Notes under the pieces: generated by a model
The model's database searches: none
What the model was told of the DNA's origin: nothing
The model's input: only the letters and a program-made list of their open reading frames with translations
NCBI GenBank assembly: GCA_038831915.1
Contig: JAWBKB010000004.1
Span: 32,001 to 96,000 of the forward strand
Source: Candidatus Caldarchaeum sp.
Lineage (GTDB): Archaea > Thermoproteota > Nitrososphaeria_A > Caldarchaeales > Caldarchaeaceae
DNA: 64,000 nucleotides
Direction: 5' to 3'
Shown: piece after piece, positions 10,812 through 18,424 of the stretch
Layout: each line of letters opens with the position of its first letter
How positions within the stretch are numbered: position 1 is the first letter of the stretch
Position numbers and translations under genes: made by a program

Positions 10812-11078
10812 CTATGATTCACCCCATACAACTCTGTAATAAACCGCTTCGCCGGCTGTCTGAGACCTTCGAGTTATTTTGATGATGTCGCCGACTTTTG
10901 CCTTCAGCCTTTTCACCATCGGGTCTGACGGAAGAATGTACGGAAGCTTGTCACGGCTGACGCCGAGACGGGCTAATAGCTCATCGGCCTCACGCGGGGA
11001 CAAAACTTCATGCTTCGGAACCAACACATGCAGTGATATGTCTATTTCATGTTGTTTCTCGGCTTTTTCCTTTACCAT
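10812..11078 (-). CDS. rpoH: RNA polymerase subunit Rpo5 (H)
   Basis: HVLVPKHEVLS, LPYILPSDP, GDIIKITRRSQTAGEAVYYRVV. Confidence 0.97.
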   Translation of the reverse strand: MVKEKAEKQHEIDISLHVLVPKHEVLSPREADELLARLGVSRDKLPYILPSDPMVKRLKAKVGDIIKITRRSQTAGEAVYYRVVWGES

Positions 11079-11194
11079 GGCCTACACCAAAACAATTACG
11101 CTGTTTTCATACGTCTGAACACTCACTATTAAGTCTTGATTCAAATTTGAAACTTTCGCAACGCATAATTAATGGTTTACGTCTAGATAGGTGG

Positions 11195-11626
11195 ATGGTT
11201 GAACGCAGTTCTCGTCGAATACGTATCCTACTGGCGAAACCCGGGCTGGATGGACACGACCGGGGGTTGCTGATTTTGGCGCGGGCTTTCCGCGACGCAG
11301 GATTTGAGGTGGTTTACGGAGGCATTTTACGCAGTCCCGAAGAAGTGGTAGAAATAGCTGTCCAGGAAGATGTAGACGTGGTCGCTTTAAGCCTACACAA
11401 CGCAGACCATATACCTAATTTCATCAAAGTTGCACGGCTTCTGAAGGAGAAAGGAGCCCACGACATTTTAGTGGTTGGCGGCGGCATAATCCCACCTGAG
11501 CACAAACCCATTCTCGAAAAAGAAGGAATAACCGGAAATTTCGGCCCTGGCACACCTCTTCAAACCATCGTCGATCACATCTATGAAAGAGTAAAACGTG
11601 AAAAATGGGGAATCATTAAAACTTAG
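11195..11626 (+). CDS. Cobalamin-binding small subunit of an acyl-CoA mutase (IcmB/Mcm C-terminal type)
   Basis: [11 protein letters not shown] (DxHxxG B12 motif), SL and GGGIIP motifs; likely start ATG 11195. Confidence 0.92.
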   Translation: MVERSSRRIRILLAKPGLDGHDRGLLILARAFRDAGFEVVYGGILRSPEEVVEIAVQEDVDVVALSLHNADHIPNFIKVARLLKEKGAHDILVVGGGIIPPEHKPILEKEGITGNFGPGTPLQTIVDHIYERVKREKWGIIKT

Positions 11627-13404
11627 ATGATCAAGGGTTCACGCCAAGTACCGAAAACTTCTCTGCCCACGTTCATTATCTCTTCGAGAGTCGCGTAGTT
11701 TTTCACAGCATCGATAATGTACGGCATGACGTTTGTCGCAGGGTTTTCGAAAGCTTTTCGAAGATTTTCCAGTGATTGTTGGACTTCTGAGTTGTCCCTG
11801 CTGTTTTTGACCTCGTTCAGCCGTTGAATTTGTTTTCTCGCAACGGATTCGTCAACTACGAGGTAGCTGATTTGCTTTTCCTCGGCGACAACGTATTTGT
11901 TAACTCCCACGACCACTTCTTCGCCCTTCTCGTAGGCTATCTGAGTCCTGTAAGCTGATTCATGTATTTCACGTTGGGGATATCCGGCTTTGATAGCCGC
12001 GAGCATTCCGCCAAGCTCGTCTATTTTCTCGAAATATTTCACAGCTTCCTCCACCATTTGCTGCGTAAGCCATTCGACGTAGTATGAGCCGGCGAGGGGG
12101 TCGATGGTGTCGGCCACACCCGTTTCTTCCGCGATGATTTGCTGTGTTCGCAACGCTATCATCACGGCTTCTTCTGTGGGAAGGGCCCATGCTTCGTCGT
12201 AGCTGTTCGTGTGCAGCGACTGTGTTCCTCCGAGAACAGCGGCCAACGCTTCGATGGTTGTCCTGACTATGTTGTTCAATGGCTGTTGCCATGTCAGAGA
12301 TGCTCCTGAAGTTTGTGTATGAAACCTCAAAGTTAACGACCTTGGATTCCGAGCTCCGTAATATTCTCTCAGAACCATGGCCCAAATTTTCCTTGCTGCC
12401 CGGAATTTTGCTATCTCTTCGAAGAAGTTCATGGTTGAGTTGAAGAAGAATGAAAAACGTGGAACGAATTCGTCGACTTTCATGCCGGCTACGATTCCTA
12501 GGTCTACGTATGTGAAGCCATCCATCAAAGTGAAGGCGAGTTCCTGCAACGCGGTGGCTCCTGCCTCACGTATGTGATAGCCGCTGATGCTGATGAAATG
12601 CCAGTTCGGCATATGTTGGGTGCAGTACTGCATCATGTCGCGAATGATTCGTAGATGTGCTTCCGGCGTGAACGCCCATTCCTTCTGCGCTATATACTCC
12701 TTTAAAATGTCTGTCTGCGTCGTGCCTCTCAGCTGTCGCTGGCTAACTCCCTGCTTTTCCGCTACGGCGATAAGCATGGCGAGCAGAACCGCGGCCGGCG
12801 CGTTAATCGTCATCGAAACACTTGCCGAGTTTAGCGGAATCCCGCTGAAAATTATTTCCATGTCTTTCAACGTGGCCACTGAGACTCCGCATTTTCCTAC
12901 TTCCCCTTCACTCCGCGGGTTGTCTGGGTCGTAACCATAGAGTGTCGGCATGTCGAAAGCGACGCTTAACCCTGTTTCACCGTGTTCAAGAAGAAATTTG
13001 AAACGTTTGTTTGTTTCCTCCGGTGTTCCAAACCCGGCGAACTGTCTCATAGTCCAAAGCTTTCCACGATACATGGTCGTGTAAACTCCACGCGTATACG
13101 GATACATGCCGGGATAACCCAGATCGAATTCATAGTCGAGCCAAGAAACGTCGAGCGGGGTGTATATCGGCTTGACTTCAAAACCGGAGGACGTTTTGAA
13201 GACCTTTTTCCGTTCATTCGAAACGGAAACCGCTTGGCTGTATTGTTTCGCCCAATCTGCAAACGATCGTTTAATTGTCTCCAAAGCTTCAACGTTGAAT
13301 AGAGATGTTTTACGGTGTTTTGTTTGGAATTCATGTATTTTTCGCCGCCAGTACGGTAGCCTTTTATTGCTGGCTTCAGAGAGATTATGGGAAATGTCGT
13401 CCAC
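11623..13404 (-). CDS. B12-dependent acyl-CoA mutase large (substrate-binding) subunit with isobutyryl-CoA mutase-like signature
   Basis: [62 protein letters not shown]. Confidence 0.92.
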   Translation of the reverse strand: MDDISHNLSEASNKRLPYWRRKIHEFQTKHRKTSLFNVEALETIKRSFADWAKQYSQAVSVSNERKKVFKTSSGFEVKPIYTPLDVSWLDYEFDLGYPGMYPYTRGVYTTMYRGKLWTMRQFAGFGTPEETNKRFKFLLEHGETGLSVAFDMPTLYGYDPDNPRSEGEVGKCGVSVATLKDMEIIFSGIPLNSASVSMTINAPAAVLLAMLIAVAEKQGVSQRQLRGTTQTDILKEYIAQKEWAFTPEAHLRIIRDMMQYCTQHMPNWHFISISGYHIREAGATALQELAFTLMDGFTYVDLGIVAGMKVDEFVPRFSFFFNSTMNFFEEIAKFRAARKIWAMVLREYYGARNPRSLTLRFHTQTSGASLTWQQPLNNIVRTTIEALAAVLGGTQSLHTNSYDEAWALPTEEAVMIALRTQQIIAEETGVADTIDPLAGSYYVEWLTQQMVEEAVKYFEKIDELGGMLAAIKAGYPQREIHESAYRTQIAYEKGEEVVVGVNKYVVAEEKQISYLVVDESVARKQIQRLNEVKNSRDNSEVQQSLENLRKAFENPATNVMPYIIDAVKNYATLEEIMNVGREVFGTWREPLII

Positions 13405-13437
13405 GTATTGTATATACCGTTGCTCGGTTATAAGAAT

Positions 13438-14364
13438 TCAGTTTTTACGGAAAACGGTTCGGATGATTTTTAGGCTGGCACGGTATGGATTCTGCTCCTG
13501 TTCAGCTATTTTCGCGATAATCTGCTGGTTTTCTGGTTTTTGAAGCGCCGTTCGAACCTGTTCCTGGACGATGGTCTTGATTTCAGCGATCAACTGTGAT
13601 TTGCGACGTTTTTCGACTTCACCCGAAGCCCGAAGTTGCTGCCATGTATGAAGTATTGCATCGGCGAGCTCTTTCGCTCCTTCACCTGTCAATGCATTCG
13701 TTCTCAACACGGCGACGTGGTCTTTTCTTCGGTGCAGAAATGTTTCAAGCATTTTGGCTGTTAGCGATGACCTTGGGTCGTCTGATTTGTTGACAACGTA
13801 CAAGTCTCCTACTTCGAGCAGGCCTGCTTTGACTGCTTGAATGCTGTCGCCCATGTCTGATGTAACAACGACGACAACCAGGTCGACCGTTTCGTGAACC
13901 GCGACGTCGGTTTGTCCGGCTCCGGCTGTTTCGAGAATTATGATGTCGTAGCCGGCGGCGTCGAAGATGCGTAGAACTGGTTTCACAGGGAGCGCGATGC
14001 CTCCGCCTGCGCCGCGTGTCGCCATGCTGCGGATGAAAATTTGTTTGTCGGCCGGTAGATGCGTCATTCGCACTCTGTCGCCGAGGACGGAGCCTCCTGT
14101 GAATAGGCTGGAGGGGTCGACGGCGAGAACGGCTACGCTGAGCCCCGATTTTTTGAAATGTTCTAGTGTTTTTCCGATGAGAGTGCTTTTGCCTGAGCCG
14201 GGAGGGCCGATAAACCCAATCACGGGAACACCTCTTACCTTCGAAGAAATTTTAGTTACAAAATCCCATGCGTTGGGTGACAGAGATTCTACCAGGCTAA
14301 TCGACTTGGCCACAGCTTTGACGTCTCCAGCCAAAACCAGTTGAACAAGCTCGTCGACGTCCAA
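13438..14364 (-). CDS. meaB: MeaB/ArgK-family G-protein chaperone of the B12 mutase
   Basis: GPPGSGKST, AVDPSS.FTGGSVLGDRVRM, FIRSMATRG, ETAGAGQ, VNKSD; TTG start at 14364 follows an AGGAG RBS-like sequence (the longer predicted ORF overlaps the tRNA fragment). Confidence 0.92.
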   Translation of the reverse strand: MDVDELVQLVLAGDVKAVAKSISLVESLSPNAWDFVTKISSKVRGVPVIGFIGPPGSGKSTLIGKTLEHFKKSGLSVAVLAVDPSSLFTGGSVLGDRVRMTHLPADKQIFIRSMATRGAGGGIALPVKPVLRIFDAAGYDIIILETAGAGQTDVAVHETVDLVVVVVTSDMGDSIQAVKAGLLEVGDLYVVNKSDDPRSSLTAKMLETFLHRRKDHVAVLRTNALTGEGAKELADAILHTWQQLRASGEVEKRRKSQLIAEIKTIVQEQVRTALQKPENQQIIAKIAEQEQNPYRASLKIIRTVFRKN

Positions 14365-14412
14365 CCCACTCCTTTTACCCTGCAACAGATAATAACTTTC
14401 ACCGCACCAAAC

Positions 14413-14424
14413 AAAATTTAAATT
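14413..14424 (+). promoter_or_regulatory. BRE/TATA-like promoter upstream of the tRNA 5' half
   Basis: AAAATTTAAATT ends about 24 nt before GGGCCCA at 14448, the usual archaeal TATA-to-start spacing. Confidence 0.55.
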
Positions 14425-14447
14425 GAAACCAGCCGACACCGATACAC

Positions 14448-14482
14448 GGGCCCATAGCTCAGCCAGGTTAGAGCGGCCGGCT
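14448..14482 (+). tRNA. Isolated 5' half of a tRNA gene (Lys-like; anticodon and 3' half missing)
   Basis: GGGCCCA-TA-GCTC-AGCCAGGTTA-GAGC-G-GCCGG-CT reads as acceptor 5' strand, D arm and anticodon-stem 5' strand up to U33, then breaks into AT-rich unrelated sequence; no matching T arm or 3' acceptor strand seen in the window. Confidence 0.8.
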
Positions 14483-14894
14483 ACGATATTATATTCTTTG
14501 ATGTGATGTTGTTCTTCTTTTTTCTCGGCTTTTTTCTTAATACTCTGTTGCGGTAGGGACATCTATCCCTGTTCTCGAACGTTTGATGGCATACACTGCA
14601 GAATGACTGTCCTCTGCTGTATTGTGGATGGATGCCTGAGGGTATGGAAGGAGATTCTTCATAGTCTTTATAGTTGAATCGTGGTGTTCCATCCTCAACC
14701 CACACATCTATCCTAATCTGTCTCCCGTCGTTAGCCTCGTAATGAGGCAGGTTTTTAAACATGCTGGGTATTCTAAGCCTAAAACCAGCCGATACATCGT
14801 ATCTTCCTTTAAAATCCTCCCCCTTACACAACCACCATGATACCATGTCTTCAGCATTTCGTGAAAGATGGTAATTTGCTCCAGTAAGCTGCAC
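14481..14894 (-). CDS. Hypothetical protein (ORFan, C-terminal CxxC..C and basic tail)
   Basis: 137-aa open frame in the CpG-poor island; FCSVCHQTFENRDRCPY; its stop codon overlaps the tRNA-half breakpoint. Confidence 0.45.
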   Translation of the reverse strand: MQLTGANYHLSRNAEDMVSWWLCKGEDFKGRYDVSAGFRLRIPSMFKNLPHYEANDGRQIRIDVWVEDGTPRFNYKDYEESPSIPSGIHPQYSRGQSFCSVCHQTFENRDRCPYRNRVLRKKPRKKKNNITSKNIIS

Positions 14895-14912
14895 AAGGGT
14901 TACGGATACGTC

Positions 14913-15640
14913 TTAGACATGATTGAAACCCCAGTGGTCTAGGTCTGTTGTGCTGAAGGTTCTGAACTCCCTGACCATGACGTAGTCTAGGTCTGTTAAG
15001 AAGGTCATGGACCCTATCCTGCTTCCGTCATCGCCTTTGAAGACTGCTTTTATTCTAAGCTCGGCCTTAAGCCTTCCGACCGGAGAGTCCTGAGGAGGAT
15101 TGACACTCAGGTTGAAGTATGTGTCGAGGGGCTTGGGTAGACCCTGCCCCGTGCAGATTGCCAGAACCCTATAGGCCACTCATACCCCGACACCATAAGC
15201 TTTATGCTTGTTATGTTGAAGACACCCTGCTCGAAGTTCTTCAGCCTGACCAAACCCCATCCAGCTCCTCCAGCATGTATGTCTCCCTGCCAGCTGAGAA
15301 GGTCTGAGACAACCCTCCAAAACCCACCAGCCTCCCTCAAAAGACATACTGTGAAAACCTCTCCTATTGAGAACCTTCTCTCACCATGGGTAAACCTATA
15401 ACCGCTTCCAGTAATATAATAGGTGTAGTGCCATGCGTAGCCCTGTATCTCATCATAACCCGTCATGTTTATGACTGACGAGGCCCTGTGGCCTGGGTTA
15501 TCTAAGTTGACAGAGGCTCCTACTATGGGCTGCTGGTTAGAGCAGTCCAAAACCCTTACATAAAACTTACCGTATGGTGTTCCAGAAGGGGAAGTGGTGC
15601 CCGCACTGCAGCAACATAGTTGAGAGGCTGTACCAAGCCT
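14913..15640 (-). pseudogene. Frameshifted remnant of a beta-rich (probably surface/secreted) protein gene
   Basis: Overlapping frames 15107..15550 and 14913..15179 read as consecutive pieces (VRVLDCSNQQPIVGASV..; ..YFNLSVNPPQDSPVGRLKAEL), resembling carboxypeptidase-regulatory/Ig-like folds; the upstream part is also broken. Confidence 0.45.
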
Positions 15641-16186
15641 ATAGTGACAGGGTTGTGTTCATAATAGTGGCCGGGGGTATACAGGTTGTGTGAAGGCTAG
15701 TTGAAGCGGCTCAGGAGGCTGAGAAACATGATAGTGTCAATCATATAGTTTTAGACAACTGTTGTAATATCATGCCTATTTTTAGATAGCTGTCGAAGCA
15801 AAAATTGTCATGAAAACTCTACGGTGTTTCCTACGCTTCAACAGCCATTACTATGGGTTCTGCTGCTTTGGGCAAATTGGTGTTCGACGGCTGTCGTTCG
15901 TCTGAAACAACACCTGATTCACGTAAATTTCGGCTTTCTACACAGTGTTTTCTCCATGTGTTATGGTAGTACGTTTCGGAGAATTTTTGACATTTTGAAA
16001 CCCTGCCTAAATCCCTGAAGTTTCGCCTACCCACAGAGGTGGAGTGTAAAAATAATGACGCTTTACGTCAAACGTCTAAGCATAATCAGTACAACCTTAG
16101 CAAAACCTGTCACTGCTCTCCAGTGTTTCGCCTCCACAGTACATTTATCTGCTTAAATCCATGTGAGTTGAACAAACATGTAATGA

Positions 16187-16361
16187 GCGGGACGATGGTC
16201 CCGTGATGGAAGACCTGAGGCCATCCCCTCCGGACGGGGAAGGGATGTGAAGGCTTAGGGTCGTCCCGCGAACACACATGGGAAAACTCCGCCAAAAACA
16301 AACCCTCACCCACACCCGCCGTAAAAGGCGGCCACCCCATTCAGAGATATCGTGGGATGGC
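16187..16361. other. Cluster of GC-rich hairpins (possible ncRNA or transposon-end remnant)
   Basis: GCGGGACGA(16187)..TCGTCCCGC(16269) stem enclosing CATCCC..GGGATG; CCGCC-GTAAAA-GGCGG (16316-16331); GCCACCCCAT..GTGGGATGGC. Confidence 0.5.
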
Positions 16362-16584
16362 GGGGGAAAGTTTGGCTGGAACCAGTCCTTGGGACGGTTC
16401 GCTCGGACCGACAGGCGTGCAGTAGGGAGACAGACGATTAAGATAACATCCAGAAGATGATAGACGACGTCCTCCACATCCATTCCCAAACACCCCTCAA
16501 CATTTTCCCCGATGGGAGGGCCTTCCGCTGGAGAACGGTTCTTCAATACTCTGGCTGGAGGCTATGAAGAAATGACTACCCCGA

Positions 16585-16600
16585 AAAGAGGCTTATAAAC
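16585..16600 (+). promoter_or_regulatory. Putative BRE-TATA promoter for the IS110-like gene
   Basis: AAAGAGGCTTATAAAC about 15-20 nt before the homology start at about 16615, compatible with a leaderless transcript. Confidence 0.45.
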
Positions 16601-16614
16601 CTCTCGGGAGAGAA

Positions 16615-17394
16615 GTAAGAAGGTTCTTCGTTGATGTTCACACGTCTGCAAACGGTCGTAGAGGGAAGGCGCATCTTGTCTTCGACGGACATCAGTGTGT
16701 TAAGACGTCTCGTCTTGTGGATGTTCCCGCAGGTGAAGGTGATGAGGTCTACGTTGACGTCATACCTTCAACCATGTATGACGATGTTTCTACGCTTCTA
16801 AGCCGTGGAGTCAGGGTTTTCAGGCTGAGGAGAACAGACATCATAGCCGCTTACAGAGACAGGTTCTCACTACCGAAGAACGACGAAAACGACGCTAAAA
16901 TACTATCGATGGTTGAAGGCGAATGCTTCGTGGACGTTTCAGCAAAATACGTGGAACTGATGAAACTCTTAGAAGAATACAACAAACAACTCAACCTCCT
17001 AAAACTGTTGAAACAGTTCAAAACATCCGCAGAAGCTATAAAACCCATACGTAGAAACAAAAACAGGCTGGCACGACAGATAATAAGCATGGCAACGAAC
17101 ACAATAAGCATATACAGGCCTTTATGCGAGACTCTCGGTTTATCAGACGACTGTCTCTATGGAAAGGTTGCTCTAGCAGACCTCCTACTACACGTAGACT
17201 TCACGACTGGTCTGAGAAAAATCATCTGCTACACCGGACTCTACAAACCAAACAACCGCAAATACAACCATCGACTGAAACAGGCTGCCCACTCCCTTGC
17301 ATTAAGCCACTACAGGAAAAACAAGGTCAAAGCCAGACACATACGAAAACTCCTAAAAACAATCAAACAAACAATAGCTGGAGGCCCGGCCTGA
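16615..17394 (+). CDS. IS110-family (DEDD RuvC + truncated Tnp_20/Nop-like domain) recombinase/nuclease, about 260 aa
   Basis: Frame is open from 16576; reads (V)RRFFVDVH..EVYVD..LPKNDENDAKILS (IS110 GID / E / KTDxxDA pattern), a coiled-coil linker, then ICYTGL..YNHRLK (AYAGL..GNxxLR-like). First canonical start is GTG 16717, downstream of the first catalytic Asp; codon 16615 is GTA. Confidence 0.75.
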   Translation, partial: VRRFFVDVHTSANGRRGKAHLVFDGHQCVKTSRLVDVPAGEGDEVYVDVIPSTMYDDVSTLLSRGVRVFRLRRTDIIAAYRDRFSLPKNDENDAKILSMVEGECFVDVSAKYVELMKLLEEYNKQLNLLKLLKQFKTSAEAIKPIRRNKNRLARQIISMATNTISIYRPLCETLGLSDDCLYGKVALADLLLHVDFTTGLRKIICYTGLYKPNNRKYNHRLKQAAHSLALSHYRKNKVKARHIRKLLKTIKQTIAGGPA

Positions 17395-17516
17395 CAACGG
17401 GGAAAAACCAGATGAAGGCCGGGCAATAGAGCGCCAAACGCCATATAGGCGATACGCCAGGCAATTCACGGTTTTCATCCAGCTTCCCAGACGTTGCCAG
17501 ATGAAGGGCCTCCAGC
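17377..17516 (+). ncRNA. Candidate guide/bridge(seek)-type structured RNA downstream of the IS110-like gene
   Basis: Perfect 11-bp IR 17377-87/17506-16, perfect 9-bp IR 17384-92/17416-24, direct repeat CCAGATGAAGG at 17408 and 17497, internal CGCC-ATATA-GGCG hairpin, GGCAA/TTGCC stem. Confidence 0.5.
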
Positions 17517-17650
17517 CAAACTCTCCCCTCATTTTTCCCTTTCGGACATATTCTTATATAAGCGCCGTTGGCTTATTTAGCTAGGGGCTCTATTCCTGGA
17601 GTTGTTTGAACGTATTTAAATAACGGCGTTATAAATCGTGCGATAGAACC

Positions 17651-18424
17651 ATGGAACTCAAAATAGTAGACCTCTACGCCAGCGTAGAAGGACGACAGAT
17701 TCTCAAAGGCGTAAACCTCACCGTCAGAGAGGGTGAAATACACAGCCTCATGGGGCCGAACGGCTCGGGGAAAAGCACTTTGGCGTCCATCATAATGGGT
17801 CATCCAAAATACACAGTCGACAGCGGAGACATCCTACTCGACGGCGAAAGCATCGTAGACCTATCCCCTGACGAAAGAGCACGCCGAGGCCTCTTCCTCG
17901 CATTCCAATATCCCGTCGAAATTTCTGGAGTCACCCTCGCTAACTTCCTCCGCAGAGCTTACATCAACATGAAATACAGCAGAGAAGCCGACAAATCAAA
18001 AATCAGTGTCCCCGAATTTCAAAAGCTCCTAAGAGAAAAAATAGAGATGCTGAAGCTCGACCCGTCCATCGCACGACGCTATCTCAACGAAGGTTTTTCG
18101 GGAGGTGAGAAGAAACGCTGCGAAATCCTCCAGATGGCCATTCTTTCACCACGTATCGCCATTTTGGACGAAACTGATTCAGGACTCGACATCGATGGTG
18201 TCAAAATCGTCGCCGAAGGAGTTAGAACAATTTCGCAGAAAACAGGAATGGGAGCACTCGTAATCACACATTACCAGCGAATACTCAATTATCTTAAGCC
18301 AGACATCGTTCACGTTATGTATGGGGGACGCATCGTCGAAACAGGAGCTCAAGATCTCGCTCATTTGCTCGAAGAAAAAGGGTATAGTGTTATTGAGCAG
18401 AAGTACGGCCCGCCTAACGGCTGA
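17651..18424 (+). CDS. sufC: Fe-S cluster assembly ATPase SufC
   Basis: MGPNGSGKSTLA, GLFLAFQYPVEI, RYLNEGFSGGEKKRCEILQM, LDETDSGLDID. Confidence 0.96.
   Translation: MELKIVDLYASVEGRQILKGVNLTVREGEIHSLMGPNGSGKSTLASIIMGHPKYTVDSGDILLDGESIVDLSPDERARRGLFLAFQYPVEISGVTLANFLRRAYINMKYSREADKSKISVPEFQKLLREKIEMLKLDPSIARRYLNEGFSGGEKKRCEILQMAILSPRIAILDETDSGLDIDGVKIVAEGVRTISQKTGMGALVITHYQRILNYLKPDIVHVMYGGRIVETGAQDLAHLLEEKGYSVIEQKYGPPNG

Larger units (their letters stand above)
16363..17528 (+). mobile_element. Compact IS110/IS1111-like element bounded by 18-bp imperfect inverted repeats
   Basis: Left GGGGAAAGTTTGGCTGGA (16363-16380) versus right TCCAGCCAAACTCTCCCC (17511-17528), 17/18 complementary; encloses the DEDD-RuvC ORF and a structured 3' non-coding region. 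Confidence 0.6.

Noticed and set aside
14481-14490. Reading ACG after CT as an Arg anticodon, or an intron-containing tRNA
   Set aside because: No 3' anticodon stem, bulge-helix-bulge partner or T arm follows; ACG anticodons are not normally used in archaea
14365-14562. N-terminal extension of the meaB ORF (374 aa prediction)
   Set aside because: It overlaps the tRNA half and its promoter; homology and an RBS-like sequence point to TTG 14364
15824-16546. Short ORFs 15824..16018, 15831..16034, 16110..16340, 16145..16546 and 16278..16460
   Set aside because: No recognisable motifs, and several overlap hairpin-rich sequence better explained as non-coding
16100-17560. CRISPR array or a regular multi-unit TIGR array
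   Set aside because: No periodic repeat-spacer units of constant length seen; only two copies of an 11-mer and scattered CCA motifs, and no cas genes
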